Assembly (NCBI GenBank): GCA_029262195.1
Contig: JAJCZX010000003.1
Coordinates: 17,499-81,498 of the forward strand
Length of the DNA: 64,000 bases
Source of the DNA: Gemmatimonadota bacterium
Lineage (GTDB): Bacteria; Gemmatimonadota; Gemmatimonadetes; Gemmatimonadales; GWC2-71-9
Direction of reading: 5' to 3'
How positions within the stretch are numbered: the stretch's first letter is position 1; the number at the start of each line of letters is the position of its first letter. The position numbers and the translations under genes are program-made. Below the pieces are notes generated by a model. It was not told the origin of the DNA. It did no database searches and was given only the letters and a program-made list of their open reading frames with translations. This document shows, one piece after another, positions 27,348 through 37,381 of the stretch.

Positions 27348-28292
27348 CTAATCAGCTAATATCTGCCGAATGGTCGGGCCGTCGATATTGCCTCCGCTCA
27401 AAACTACTCCCACTCTGCCGTAGTCCCGGGTAGCTCCCGACATCAAGGCAGCAACTCCAAGCGCGCCCGAAGGCTCCACAACTAATTTCATACGGTAGAA
27501 AAGAAATTTTATGGCATCGACGATCGCAGTCTCGCTAACCGTCCACATGTCGTCTACGTTTTTCATGACCAGCGGAAAAGTAAGTTCGCCGAGAGATGGT
27601 GTTCGGGCACCATCGGCAATCGTCGGGGGATTGTACACCGTTTGGAGCTCGCCCGTTTTGAATGATCGGGTGGCATCGTCGGCCAATTCGGGTTCCACAC
27701 CAATCACTCGACAACGCGGGTACAAACTTTTTGTGGCTACTGCAGTGCCGCTCAACAGACCGCCTCCTCCGCATGGGGCGAGTATCGCATCGAGGTCCCG
27801 AATCTGGTCATGGAACTCAAGAGCCGCCGTGCCCTGACCCGCGATCACATCCTGATTGTCGTAAGGCTTGATCAGGGTGAGATCGTGTTCGAGCTGGATT
27901 TGTTTGGCAACTTCCTCGCGAGTGGTCTCTTCAGGGTTATGCTCGACTACCGTGGCGCCGTAACCCTCGGTAGCAGCCCTCTTTGTGGCGGGAGCGTTGT
28001 TGGGCATGACGATGGTGGCGTGGGTGCCCAGGAGCCGGGCCACCAGAGCCACGGCCTGGGCATGGTTGCCTGACGAATAGGTAATCACTCCACGACTCAA
28101 CCGTTCCGCCGTTAGTCGGGAAACAGCATTGTAGGCTCCTCGGAATTTGAATGCGCCGGTCCGCTGGAAGTTTTCACATTTCAGAAAGACCTCTGCACCC
28201 GCTGTTTCGTCAAGCGTGCGCGAGGCCATCACTGGCGTGATGTGCGCGATTCCGGAAAGCCGTTTGGAGGCTTCGAGTATTCTCGAGAACAT
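27348..28292 (-). CDS. PLP-dependent threonine/serine dehydratase (serine racemase / threo-3-hydroxyaspartate ammonia-lyase-like)
   Basis: PLP-lysine motif GAFKFRGA, SSGNHAQA, and glycine loop GGGGLLSG. Confidence 0.85.
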   Translation of the reverse strand: MFSRILEASKRLSGIAHITPVMASRTLDETAGAEVFLKCENFQRTGAFKFRGAYNAVSRLTAERLSRGVITYSSGNHAQAVALVARLLGTHATIVMPNNAPATKRAATEGYGATVVEHNPEETTREEVAKQIQLEHDLTLIKPYDNQDVIAGQGTAALEFHDQIRDLDAILAPCGGGGLLSGTAVATKSLYPRCRVIGVEPELADDATRSFKTGELQTVYNPPTIADGARTPSLGELTFPLVMKNVDDMWTVSETAIVDAIKFLFYRMKLVVEPSGALGVAALMSGATRDYGRVGVVLSGGNIDGPTIRQILAD

Positions 28293-28348
28293 TAATGACT
28301 GTGGGTAAGTGGGTAAGGAGAAAGGGGACTCCTTACCCTAACCCAATC

Positions 28349-28984
28349 TTACCGTCCAGGTTGATCTGTAACCCGTAGATATGGTTTCAGTTCTTCCCAA
28401 CCGTTCGGGAACTTCTTCTTCGCTTCATCGTCCGTGAGTTGTGGAGAGATTATGACCTTCCCTCCCTGGGTCCAATTGACAGGCGTGGCGACGGAGTAGT
28501 TCGCGGTGAGCTGAAGGGAGTCAATAACTCGGAGGATCTCGGAGAAGTTGCGCCCTGTACTGGCGGGGTAAGTGATCTGGAGCTTGAGGGTCTTATCTGG
28601 CCCGATAATGAACACCGACCGGACTGTGAAGGTTGAGTCTGCATTGGGGTGGATCATGTCGTAAGCGGTTGCGATGCTTCGGTCTGCGTCCCCGATGAGG
28701 GGGAAGTTGAGCGCTTGTCCCTGTGTCTCTTCGATATCGGTCGCCCATTTGTTGTGGTCTTCAACCGTGTCCACGCTAAGCCCGATAACTTTGGTGTTAC
28801 GTTTTTCGAACGCTGGTTTCAAGTGCGCAACCTCGCCCAGTTCTGTAGTGCAGACCGGTGTGAAGTCAGCGGGGTGTGAGAACAGTACAGCCCAACCGTC
28901 TTCCATCCACTCAAAAAAGTTGATTTTTCCTTCTGTTGTGTCGGCCGAAAAATCCGGCACTCGATCGCCGAGTCTGAGAGTCAT
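28349..28984 (-). CDS. 1-Cys peroxiredoxin (Prx6 type)
   Basis: FSHPADFTPVCTTE peroxidatic-Cys motif. I prefer the ATG at 28984 (MTLRLGDRVPDF). Confidence 0.9.
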   Translation of the reverse strand: MTLRLGDRVPDFSADTTEGKINFFEWMEDGWAVLFSHPADFTPVCTTELGEVAHLKPAFEKRNTKVIGLSVDTVEDHNKWATDIEETQGQALNFPLIGDADRSIATAYDMIHPNADSTFTVRSVFIIGPDKTLKLQITYPASTGRNFSEILRVIDSLQLTANYSVATPVNWTQGGKVIISPQLTDDEAKKKFPNGWEELKPYLRVTDQPGR

Positions 28985-29060
28985 CGTAGTGTCCTCGTCC
29001 TTGTGCATTGTCGATTATTCTGACCGCGCTGCGTAATCGCCAGTCGCGGCTCGTTGAAAT

Positions 29061-30416
29061 TTAACCTGTTTGGCGAGCAGCCATCGACGATGTGATTTCC
29101 AGGTGTCTGGATCGTGAGATCGGGTAACCCATAACGATAGCCGCAGCGGCAAAATTGCAAACACACGGAATCGCCACGTAAAGCACACGTAATGTCAGTA
29201 TAGCCGATTCAGATTGAGTTGTTCCCCCCGCCACATAGCCTGTTAACCCAAGCGTAGGCAAGGCGATACCGGCCCCAAGCGCCATAGCCAGTTTTTTTGC
29301 CAATGCCCAGGTCCCCACGTATTGGCCTTCCTGGCGAATCCCGGTCAACGACTCATCGTAGTCAATTGTGTCGGCTTGCATCGAAGGGGGAATCGCAAAG
29401 ATGCCACCCAACCCGATACCGGTGAGCACGACCAGTGCACCGAAAAGGAACTCGTCTCCGCGTCCCAGGAAGCCGGTTCCTGCGAATGCTGTGCCGCTAA
29501 CAGCGAGAGCAGCAATCCATGCGGTCTTTTTTTCCGCCCTGCCCGCAATCCAAATCCACACCGGGAGAAACAACACTCCGGTTCCCAGGTACAGGACCAG
29601 AAAGAATGGACCCTTATCGGACCCCAGCACTTGTTCGGCGAAAAAGAGGAATACGGTTGTGCTGAGAGAACCCCCGAACGCGTAGACGCTGTAGGCAATG
29701 AGAAGAATGGCGAAGGGGCGGTTGGAAAGAACCGCGGCCATCGTTTTCCAGGGCGACGCCGTTGTCGTCGGTAACCGGGCGAGGGGGCGTTCTTTGACAA
29801 GCGTAACGCAAAAAATCGTTCCGGCGATGAGCACCACTCCGAAAACCAATCCGACAGCCCCGTAGCCGGTTAAACCGAGGCTGCCGGGCGGCAGCACTGC
29901 CGGCAGGGCCGCTGCTACGATGGTACCCAGGATAACCATCGTCTCGCGAACCCCGAAGAGTCTGTTTCGCTCGTCGTATTCCGAAGAAATTTCTGGTCCC
30001 AGTGACTCGTACGGGATTGTTACGGATGTCCAGGTAAGGAAAAAAAAGAATGTCAGTACGCCCAGAGCGAGTTCGGTGGCGCCGAGGGTGGTAGGATTGC
30101 TGATAAGGAAAAACGAGATTGCCAACGGCACGGCTGCCCCGAGAATCCAGGGTCGGCGGCGTCCCCAACGAGTGCGGGTGCGATCGGAAAGCCAACCCAC
30201 TGCGGGATCGGTCACGGCGTCCCACAGTCGAGAGGCGAGGATCACCACGCCAAGTGCGCCGAGGCGAAAGCCGAGTTGGTCGACGTAGTATTTGGGTAGG
30301 TAGATGTAGAAGGTGATGCTCATGGCAGCCAGCATGAGCGCGGGTGCTCCGTAACCGAGTAGAACTCGGGTGGGGAGGCGGTTCTTTTTCCCGCTCATCG
30401 CTGTAGGTTTGCGCAT
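29061..30416 (-). CDS. MFS transporter, glycoside-pentoside-hexuronide (GPH/MelB-like) family
   Basis: About 12 TM segments. The loop motif DRTRTRWGRRRPW is typical of GPH symporters. Confidence 0.75.
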   Translation of the reverse strand: MRKPTAMSGKKNRLPTRVLLGYGAPALMLAAMSITFYIYLPKYYVDQLGFRLGALGVVILASRLWDAVTDPAVGWLSDRTRTRWGRRRPWILGAAVPLAISFFLISNPTTLGATELALGVLTFFFFLTWTSVTIPYESLGPEISSEYDERNRLFGVRETMVILGTIVAAALPAVLPPGSLGLTGYGAVGLVFGVVLIAGTIFCVTLVKERPLARLPTTTASPWKTMAAVLSNRPFAILLIAYSVYAFGGSLSTTVFLFFAEQVLGSDKGPFFLVLYLGTGVLFLPVWIWIAGRAEKKTAWIAALAVSGTAFAGTGFLGRGDEFLFGALVVLTGIGLGGIFAIPPSMQADTIDYDESLTGIRQEGQYVGTWALAKKLAMALGAGIALPTLGLTGYVAGGTTQSESAILTLRVLYVAIPCVCNFAAAAIVMGYPISRSRHLEITSSMAARQTG

Positions 30417-30521
30417 TCGTGTTGAAGGTGGTGATTTTTCACAGATGCAACTTCCGAAGTCGCGACGTTTGTGTCAACGGAGGGCGAGAACGCTAGAGAA
30501 ATGCGAGTGTATGACCTTTCT

Positions 30522-31637
30522 ATGATAAAAACCGCGACACTTACGCTGTTGGCGCTTGCAGTACCAGTTTTCGCCTGCAACGGCCAGGAGGGTGCAGACC
30601 CTCGACACGCAGAATTTGCCCGTCTTGTCGGAGAGTTTTCGGAACCCGGCGGCTTCTTTGATACAGACAACCTGATCTCGAACGAAACCTCCTATCTACA
30701 CGTCATCGACGAACTGGAAACAAGAGGTTTGAAGGGGGGTGCCTATGTTGGGGTGGGACCGGGCCAAAATTTTTCCTACATTGCCCAGATCGACCCTGAA
30801 ATCGCCTATATCATCGATATCAGGGCCGACAATCTGCTTCAGCATCTCATCTACAAGGCGTTGTTTCACCAGTCTGATAATCGGGCCGAGTTCGTGTCTC
30901 TACTGCTTGGCCTGCCGTTGGATGGGATTCCGGAAGGGACGGAAAACTGGTCGGTGGACCAGTTAGTTGACTTCATAGATGGTCGGTTTGCGACAAGGGC
31001 CTCGATTGCCGAAGCGAGAGATAAGGTTGATTCCTTTATTGATCGATTGGGGATACCGCTGGTCGACACCCAACGCGAAACTATTGATCGCTTCCACCGC
31101 ACGTTTATTCGAGCCGGTCTTTCCCTCCGGTTCACGACGTTCGGCAGGGCTCCTCAGCCGTACTATCCGACTTTGCGGCAACTTTTCGAAGCGACCGATC
31201 TGCAAGGGGATCGGGAGAGTTATCTCGCGAGCGAGGAATCATTCCGAGTGGTCAAAACTCTTCAGGAAGCCGGTCGCCTAATCCCGGTGGTAGGAAACTT
31301 TGCCGGTGATCACGCTCTTGGCGCGGTCGCTGCAGACATACGGAGTCGAGGATTGCAATTGTCCGCATTCTATACGTCCAACGTTGAGTTCTATTTGATG
31401 GAGGATGGCAGCTTCGGACGGTTCGCCTCCAATTTGGAGGTGTTTCCAGTAGACTCATCGAGTGTGTTCATTCGTAGCGTCTTCGGATCCACGTCCCGGT
31501 TTAGACACCCGGGGCGCCAGCCAGGGTTTGCCAGCACCCAACTTGTGCAGTCGATTTCTGACTTTCAGGAAGCCTGGGGCGCACGCCGTTTGAGAGACTA
31601 CATTGATCTGGTGCTACTGGGCTTTGGATTGGAATGA
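30522..31637 (+). CDS. Secreted hypothetical protein
   Basis: Signal peptide MIKTATLTLLALAVPVFA from the internal ATG. I recognised no catalytic motif. Confidence 0.5.
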   Translation: MIKTATLTLLALAVPVFACNGQEGADPRHAEFARLVGEFSEPGGFFDTDNLISNETSYLHVIDELETRGLKGGAYVGVGPGQNFSYIAQIDPEIAYIIDIRADNLLQHLIYKALFHQSDNRAEFVSLLLGLPLDGIPEGTENWSVDQLVDFIDGRFATRASIAEARDKVDSFIDRLGIPLVDTQRETIDRFHRTFIRAGLSLRFTTFGRAPQPYYPTLRQLFEATDLQGDRESYLASEESFRVVKTLQEAGRLIPVVGNFAGDHALGAVAADIRSRGLQLSAFYTSNVEFYLMEDGSFGRFASNLEVFPVDSSSVFIRSVFGSTSRFRHPGRQPGFASTQLVQSISDFQEAWGARRLRDYIDLVLLGFGLE

Positions 31638-31830
31638 TGAGCAAAGGCAGTTATCTCGAACTAGCTCAAAAGGTGTGCGCGTAACGGTTTTCTGTGACAG
31701 TAGTTTCGTGGCCATCTTCTGCCGTCAGAACATGAGTCCGTCGGGGTTCGTCCTCAGGGCGGTCTTTTTTCATTAGCTTCCTTCGTATCCTCCCGTTAAT
31801 GTCGTAACTAAAATTGGCTGGTCGACCCGA

Positions 31831-34158
31831 ATGGAGAAAAAGTTGAGATCTTTTTTCGCTGTGTTGTTGCTTTCGACTGGAGTCCCGGCGTGCTCCGCGC
31901 AAACCGACACTCCGCTGGACCTGGTGCCGATACCCGCCGAAGTCAATCTGGGATCGGGCGTTTTTCGGATCGATGCTGAGACCCGAATTGTTGTGTCAGC
32001 TCCGGCAAACGGATCTCTGGAAAACATTGGGCATCTCCTCGCAGGTTTTTTGGAGCCGGTACTAGGATTCGAGTTGCCTGTCGTGACTGGAGGGGGGGAG
32101 AACGGCAATTCCATCCTTTTGGTTGTGAATGAAGGATCGGATCTGGGTGAGGAGGCGTACCACCTCCGGTCCCAACCGGCCAGTGTCACGATTTCGGGAA
32201 GTGCAGAGGCGGGTATTTTTTACGGTGTACAAACCCTTCGCCAGATGGTACGTGCGGTGCCCGGAGAATCTTTTTCCGGGACGATACGTGCAGCAGAAAT
32301 CTCGGACCACCCACGGTTCGGGTATCGCGGAATGCACCTCGACGTCGGACGCCACATGTTTCCGGTGGCATTCATCAAGAAGTACATCGACTTGATTTCG
32401 ACTTACAAGTTCAATCGTTTCCACTGGCATCTTACCGAAGATCAGGGTTGGCGGATTGAGATTCTCAAATATCCGAGGTTGACCGAAGTAGGTGCCTATC
32501 GTCGCGAAACAGCAGTTGAGAAAAATTTTGAGCCTCTGGCTCCGTATGTCGGTGATGGTCAACGGTACGGAGGTTTCTACACTCAGAATGAAGTCCGCGA
32601 GGTGGTGGCCTACGCCAGTGCTCGGCAAATCACGATTGTCCCCGAGATTGAGATGCCAGGCCATTCCAGCGCCGCGTTGGCTGCCTACCCGGAACTCGCT
32701 TGCACGGAGGGTCCGTTTGAGGTAAGCACTTTCTGGGGGGTGCGCGATGACATCTACTGTCCCAGTGAACGCACCTTTGGCTTTCTCGAAGACGTCCTGA
32801 CCGAAGTAATGGAACTCTTCCCCGGCGAGTACATCCATATCGGAGGAGACGAAGCTCCCAAAGTGCGCTGGAGAAACAGTCGCCTCGCTCAGGACGTGAT
32901 AAGGCGCGAGGGTCTGGCCGACGAGCACGAACTCCAGAGTTATTTCATCAGACTAATCGAAGCCTTTCTTACGTCGCATGAACGCCGTCTGATTGGATGG
33001 GACGAAATCCTGGAAGGCGGGTTGGCGCCGGACGCGACTGTGATGTCCTGGAGAGGAATGACGGGCGGGATCGAAGCTGCGCGACAGGGACACGACGTAG
33101 TCATGACGCCCGGGAGCCATGTTTACTTCGATCATTATCAGGGCCCACGCGATCTTGAGCCATTGGCCATAGGCGGGTTTTCACCGCTTGAAAAAGTATA
33201 TGATTTCGAGCCTGTGCCTGCCGAGCTCTCGCCCGAGGAACAACGACACATAATAGGCGCCCAGGCCAATGTTTGGACCGAGTATATGAAAACAAGCGAT
33301 TATGTGGAGTACATGGTTGCTCCTCGCCTTTTGGCTCTTTCAGAGGTGGTGTGGTCGCCTGCGGTCGCTCGGGATTGGGAAAGCTTTGCCTCTCGCTTGC
33401 CGCGCCAGCTTCAGTTTTTAGATGGAATGGATATCAATTACCGGGTACCCTCAGTTACCGGCTTGCAAAATGATAGGCTTACGCTGGACGAAGAGATCAC
33501 TCTTGAACTATCGACTCTGGCGGGCGAAGGTGCGAGGATCCGCTACACCACGGACGGTACAGAGCCTGACGAGAACTCGCCGCTTTATGACGGACCATTG
33601 GAGTTGTCAATTCCGGCGGAGGGTCTGGTTGTTTCGGGGAAGACCTACATGTCCAACGGGCGATCCAGTACGATGGCGTCAGCTCGTTTCGAAAGGACCA
33701 CGTTGCATGCCGCCGCGGACGTGAAAATAGCTGGTCTGCAATCGGGTTTACAGTTCGCCTATTACGAAAGCGACCGCATCAGGTCGATATCGATGATGGA
33801 GGCTATGGAACCGGTGCGGCGCGGAATTGCAGAACGTATCGAACTTGAGGACACGGGGCGCCTTGAAGAGTTTGGCTATGTCTTCAACGGTTTTTTGCGG
33901 ATTTCTGAAGATGCGGTCTATCGCTTTGATCTGGTTTCGGATGACGGGAGCAAACTGTGGATTGGTGACGACCTGGTAGTTGACCACGGTGGCCTCCACG
34001 GAGCGCGAACAAAATCAGGGGCCATCGGGTTAGCTGCCGGTTACCACCCGATTCGAGTGGCGTTTTTTCAGGCCGGAGGGGGTAAGGCACTTTCGTTGGA
34101 AATGTTTGACGATGTTACCGGAACGCAGGTCGAAATCGCGACCGCGCTGGCGCACTAA
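31831..34158 (+). CDS. Beta-N-acetylhexosaminidase (GH20) with a C-terminal PA14 domain
   Basis: Signal peptide. GH20 motifs HWHLTEDQGWR and HIGGDE. C-terminal GFLRISEDAVYRFDLVSDDGSKLWIGD resembles PA14. Confidence 0.85.
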   Translation: MEKKLRSFFAVLLLSTGVPACSAQTDTPLDLVPIPAEVNLGSGVFRIDAETRIVVSAPANGSLENIGHLLAGFLEPVLGFELPVVTGGGENGNSILLVVNEGSDLGEEAYHLRSQPASVTISGSAEAGIFYGVQTLRQMVRAVPGESFSGTIRAAEISDHPRFGYRGMHLDVGRHMFPVAFIKKYIDLISTYKFNRFHWHLTEDQGWRIEILKYPRLTEVGAYRRETAVEKNFEPLAPYVGDGQRYGGFYTQNEVREVVAYASARQITIVPEIEMPGHSSAALAAYPELACTEGPFEVSTFWGVRDDIYCPSERTFGFLEDVLTEVMELFPGEYIHIGGDEAPKVRWRNSRLAQDVIRREGLADEHELQSYFIRLIEAFLTSHERRLIGWDEILEGGLAPDATVMSWRGMTGGIEAARQGHDVVMTPGSHVYFDHYQGPRDLEPLAIGGFSPLEKVYDFEPVPAELSPEEQRHIIGAQANVWTEYMKTSDYVEYMVAPRLLALSEVVWSPAVARDWESFASRLPRQLQFLDGMDINYRVPSVTGLQNDRLTLDEEITLELSTLAGEGARIRYTTDGTEPDENSPLYDGPLELSIPAEGLVVSGKTYMSNGRSSTMASARFERTTLHAAADVKIAGLQSGLQFAYYESDRIRSISMMEAMEPVRRGIAERIELEDTGRLEEFGYVFNGFLRISEDAVYRFDLVSDDGSKLWIGDDLVVDHGGLHGARTKSGAIGLAAGYHPIRVAFFQAGGGKALSLEMFDDVTGTQVEIATALAH

Positions 34159-34161
34159 CTG

Positions 34162-35994
34162 TCAGGTCGGTTCCGTCAGGCCCGCGGCGTTCATGACATG
34201 AATCGCATTTCCGCTTTGTAGGACACCGGGCCTGAGTTTGTAGTCGCATGCAAGGTTGGGAGACTCGGAGTCTGTGTCGACCGACTCCTGGAAGTGGACG
34301 TGAGTGCAGGTTTGTTCGACGTCCGCTTCGTCGCGAAACGACAGGTCGTGAGTTGCAAAAACCGTTAGTGCATTGAGCCTGAGCAGGCGTCGTAAGGTTC
34401 GCAGTACTCCTACTTTTCTCTCGTCAGCATTGGTGCCCTGGAGTAGTTCATCGAGCAGGCAAAGTGTGATTGTTCCTTCTTTTCCGGTCTGGTCGATTTT
34501 CTCCAGAATGGACACGAGGCGTTGGACTTCCGCCATAAAAAACGAGACTCCGGCATTCAATGAATCGTGTATACGTCCGCTCGCGACGACGTCCAACTTG
34601 CGTGGCAATACGAGTTCGGCTGCGCATACCGGACTGCCGAGCCGGGCCAGAACGACGTTTGCGCCCAGTGCACGCAGAAGTGTGCTTTTGCCAGACATGT
34701 TTGAGCCGGACAATATTGTAAGAGTCCCCGGCGGCCCGATGGAGAGATCGTTTGTTACGCATACGTTCGGGGCCAATAGAGGATGGCCCACTCCGGTCGC
34801 CTTGATCTCCCTGGCATTCTCGACGAACCTGGGAAACGTCCAGGACAGGTGCCCGTGTCCAACGGCTGCTATAGCGGACAAAGCTTCAAATTCTTTCAGG
34901 TTGGCGAACCAACCCTCTACCTTGTGTCCGTTACGAGCGCGCCATTTTTCCAGTCGCAAGAAAATATGTATATCCCACAGGGTAACGGTCTGAATGATGA
35001 TATGCACGAAATGGGAGTTTCGCACGTCGGCGAGGTTGATCAAACGTTCCAGTTTTTCCAAAGATTCGCGGGCCGTTGAATCATTATTCGAGAGAGCGTC
35101 CTGCCGTCTGCGCAACGATTCGTCATGGAATTTCTGCTCGGAGATGAGTCCGAAAAGCGAAGAAAAACGAAGTCCGCTGTCACTTTGCGGGGAAGCCTTT
35201 TCTATCGCCTCCGCGGTGCGTTTGGAGGTGAACCCCGTAACGACCCAGGCAGCGATTGAGGGGAACAACACCCATGTCGGATCAACGTCGAGGTACAGGG
35301 CTGCGGCTGATGTTAGCACGAAACTCCCGGGGATCAGCCAGGCGAGCGCCCACAGAAGGTTGGTGTGTTTCGCAGTCATCGGACTTGAGGCCCATGAAGA
35401 AAATCTCTGGGTCTGTCGACGACCGACCCGTCCGGCGAGTCTCCCGTAAGCAACAAACCGGTCCCGGAATTCGATTGCTTCGGACAACTCTGCGACTGCG
35501 CCCTGTCTCTCCTCAACAGTGGAACTGTCGGGGGGATCGAGTAGCCAGGAACGGAGCAGTTCAGATCCAAGGGCGGTGGGTGTGGGGTTCAGGAGGTGGA
35601 ATAGAGAAGCGGGCCCCACCACATCAAGGTCTTCGGCAAAAAGGTGCTCGAATGGTGCTTGGGCTGGGAGTGGCAGGGGCAGATCTTCCCAGCGCCGGTG
35701 GATCCGATCCACTGCTTCGTGGTTTACGATTACCAACTGCTCCAGAATCTGAACCTCGCGGAGGGCGGTCGGGTGAATTGCCACTAAACGTGCGAATCCA
35801 ATGAAAAACAGCGCCGCCGCCGCCCACAGAACTATGTCTGGGATTGACGTGAGCGGGCTGAGAAAGAAGCAAAGTACTATGCCGAAAAACGTCAACATTC
35901 GCCAAGTGACAATCTTCGATTCGCGCCGAACAGCCACGGCGAGTTCGGCCTGAAACCGAGCTTCTCGACTCTTATATGTCTCGATAGGGTTCAC
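34162..35994 (-). CDS. Membrane-anchored MutS-related ATPase (MutS domain III/V only)
   Basis: N-terminal TM helices. Walker A GSNMSGKST and Walker B LCLLDELLQGTN. No mismatch-binding domain. GTG start 37 nt downstream of the B12-rSAM gene. Confidence 0.7.
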   Translation of the reverse strand: MNPIETYKSREARFQAELAVAVRRESKIVTWRMLTFFGIVLCFFLSPLTSIPDIVLWAAAALFFIGFARLVAIHPTALREVQILEQLVIVNHEAVDRIHRRWEDLPLPLPAQAPFEHLFAEDLDVVGPASLFHLLNPTPTALGSELLRSWLLDPPDSSTVEERQGAVAELSEAIEFRDRFVAYGRLAGRVGRRQTQRFSSWASSPMTAKHTNLLWALAWLIPGSFVLTSAAALYLDVDPTWVLFPSIAAWVVTGFTSKRTAEAIEKASPQSDSGLRFSSLFGLISEQKFHDESLRRRQDALSNNDSTARESLEKLERLINLADVRNSHFVHIIIQTVTLWDIHIFLRLEKWRARNGHKVEGWFANLKEFEALSAIAAVGHGHLSWTFPRFVENAREIKATGVGHPLLAPNVCVTNDLSIGPPGTLTILSGSNMSGKSTLLRALGANVVLARLGSPVCAAELVLPRKLDVVASGRIHDSLNAGVSFFMAEVQRLVSILEKIDQTGKEGTITLCLLDELLQGTNADERKVGVLRTLRRLLRLNALTVFATHDLSFRDEADVEQTCTHVHFQESVDTDSESPNLACDYKLRPGVLQSGNAIHVMNAAGLTEPT

Positions 35995-36031
35995 AGGGAA
36001 AATATAATCGCTCGAGAAAGGGGGCCCTCAA

Positions 36032-37381
36032 TCAGGCCAGGGCGGCTTCCAACGCCTGGTAACGCTCAGGGAGCTTCCGAAGGACTTTGCGGTAAAACCC
36101 ACGACGTTCGGCGATGACTGCCGGGTCAAAGAGTCTGCGGTGCAACTCTGCTATGCAGCGTTCGACGGTGTCACCGGACATAAGTGCGGGGTCGTAGACA
36201 GAGTCGTAGTAGGTGCAGCGGTCCCAATAGCTCTCCGACGGAAGCCGGCCCTGTGACAGCAGACGCTCCGTCATCGCGGTCTTTGGCAACGGAGTGGCTA
36301 TGGTTAGTTGAGGCGTGACGTTGGTCTCAAGCACGAATTGCTCAATGCGACTGAACACCGACTCATCGTCGTGGTCCAATCCCACGATGAACGCGCCGAG
36401 GACAATCATGCCGTTTTGTTGAATCCTACCGACGTACTCCCCGTAACTGTCCAGCATTCGGGCTTTGAAGTTGTCCACGCCGCGGAGGTTGTCGGCAGAT
36501 AGACTTTCCAGTCCGACCAGCACCATGACGCAACCCGCCTGGTACATCAGTTCTAGAAGCTCTTCATCTGCGCCAATACCGATATCGGACTGCGCCATGA
36601 AACGAATCCTCATTGGAATGAGAGCACGCAGGAGTTCCTTCGAAAATTTGCGGTTGATGAACATGTTGTCGTCGGCGAACAGGAATAGCTGGTTGGGCGC
36701 TGCAGCCCGGGCCGTTTCAACTTCCGCCACTATTTGCGCAACCGTTTTCTTTCTGAAGGTCTTTCCGTACACCTGAGGCACAGAACAAAAATCGCAGTCG
36801 CGTGGGCAGCCCCTCGTTGTTTGGACGGGGAGCATTCGGTAGCCCTTACCGCGAGAGAAATAATCGTCACCCAGCAGGTCATATCGGGGAACCGGGGATT
36901 CGCTGAGCTGGATGTCTGCCAGAGATGTATTGCGATAGAGGTCCCGGGGTCGTCCGTTACGAAAGTCGCTGAGAAATTGCTGCCACGTTCCTTCGGCTTC
37001 TCCCACGAATACTGTGTCTACGTGTTGAGCAACCTCATCCTCCATAACTGTAGCGTGCGGACCACCCATGACCACGTAAACGCCGCGGTGCCGAAATTCT
37101 GTGGCGATGGAGTATGCACGGGTCGCGTGTTGAGTCATTCCGGAAATGGCGACGATATCGTATGGTCGATCGTAGTCGATATCGGTGACCTGTTCGTCGA
37201 CGTACTCGCATGCAACATCGTCCGGGCACAATGCCGCTACTGTCAGAAGTCCGCAGCTCGGTATCATCCACGGCCGAAACGCCTCCGGGAAATCGCGAAG
37301 GAATGCGGCCATGTGTTCGTTCCGCACCGCGAACTCCCCGTGCGGAAGAATGAGCCCTACTCGAAGTTGGGTCTCAGGCAA
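36032..37381 (-). CDS. B12-binding-domain radical SAM protein (class B rSAM)
   Basis: N-terminal cobalamin-binding-type Rossmann strand (RVGLILP...GLLTVAALCPDD). rSAM cluster TTRGCPRDCDFC. The TTG at 37381 is preceded by GGAGGG. The maximal ORF reaches 37435, also a TTG, which would overlap the ligase gene by 62 nt. Confidence 0.8.
   Translation of the reverse strand: MPETQLRVGLILPHGEFAVRNEHMAAFLRDFPEAFRPWMIPSCGLLTVAALCPDDVACEYVDEQVTDIDYDRPYDIVAISGMTQHATRAYSIATEFRHRGVYVVMGGPHATVMEDEVAQHVDTVFVGEAEGTWQQFLSDFRNGRPRDLYRNTSLADIQLSESPVPRYDLLGDDYFSRGKGYRMLPVQTTRGCPRDCDFCSVPQVYGKTFRKKTVAQIVAEVETARAAAPNQLFLFADDNMFINRKFSKELLRALIPMRIRFMAQSDIGIGADEELLELMYQAGCVMVLVGLESLSADNLRGVDNFKARMLDSYGEYVGRIQQNGMIVLGAFIVGLDHDDESVFSRIEQFVLETNVTPQLTIATPLPKTAMTERLLSQGRLPSESYWDRCTYYDSVYDPALMSGDTVERCIAELHRRLFDPAVIAERRGFYRKVLRKLPERYQALEAALA

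Noticed and set aside
31666-32189. Minus-strand ORFs (78 and 138 aa) around the start of the GH20 gene
   Set aside because: They overlap the GH20 signal-peptide region and its upstream spacer. They have no Shine-Dalgarno and no motifs. Their Arg/Ser-rich composition points to spurious ORFs.
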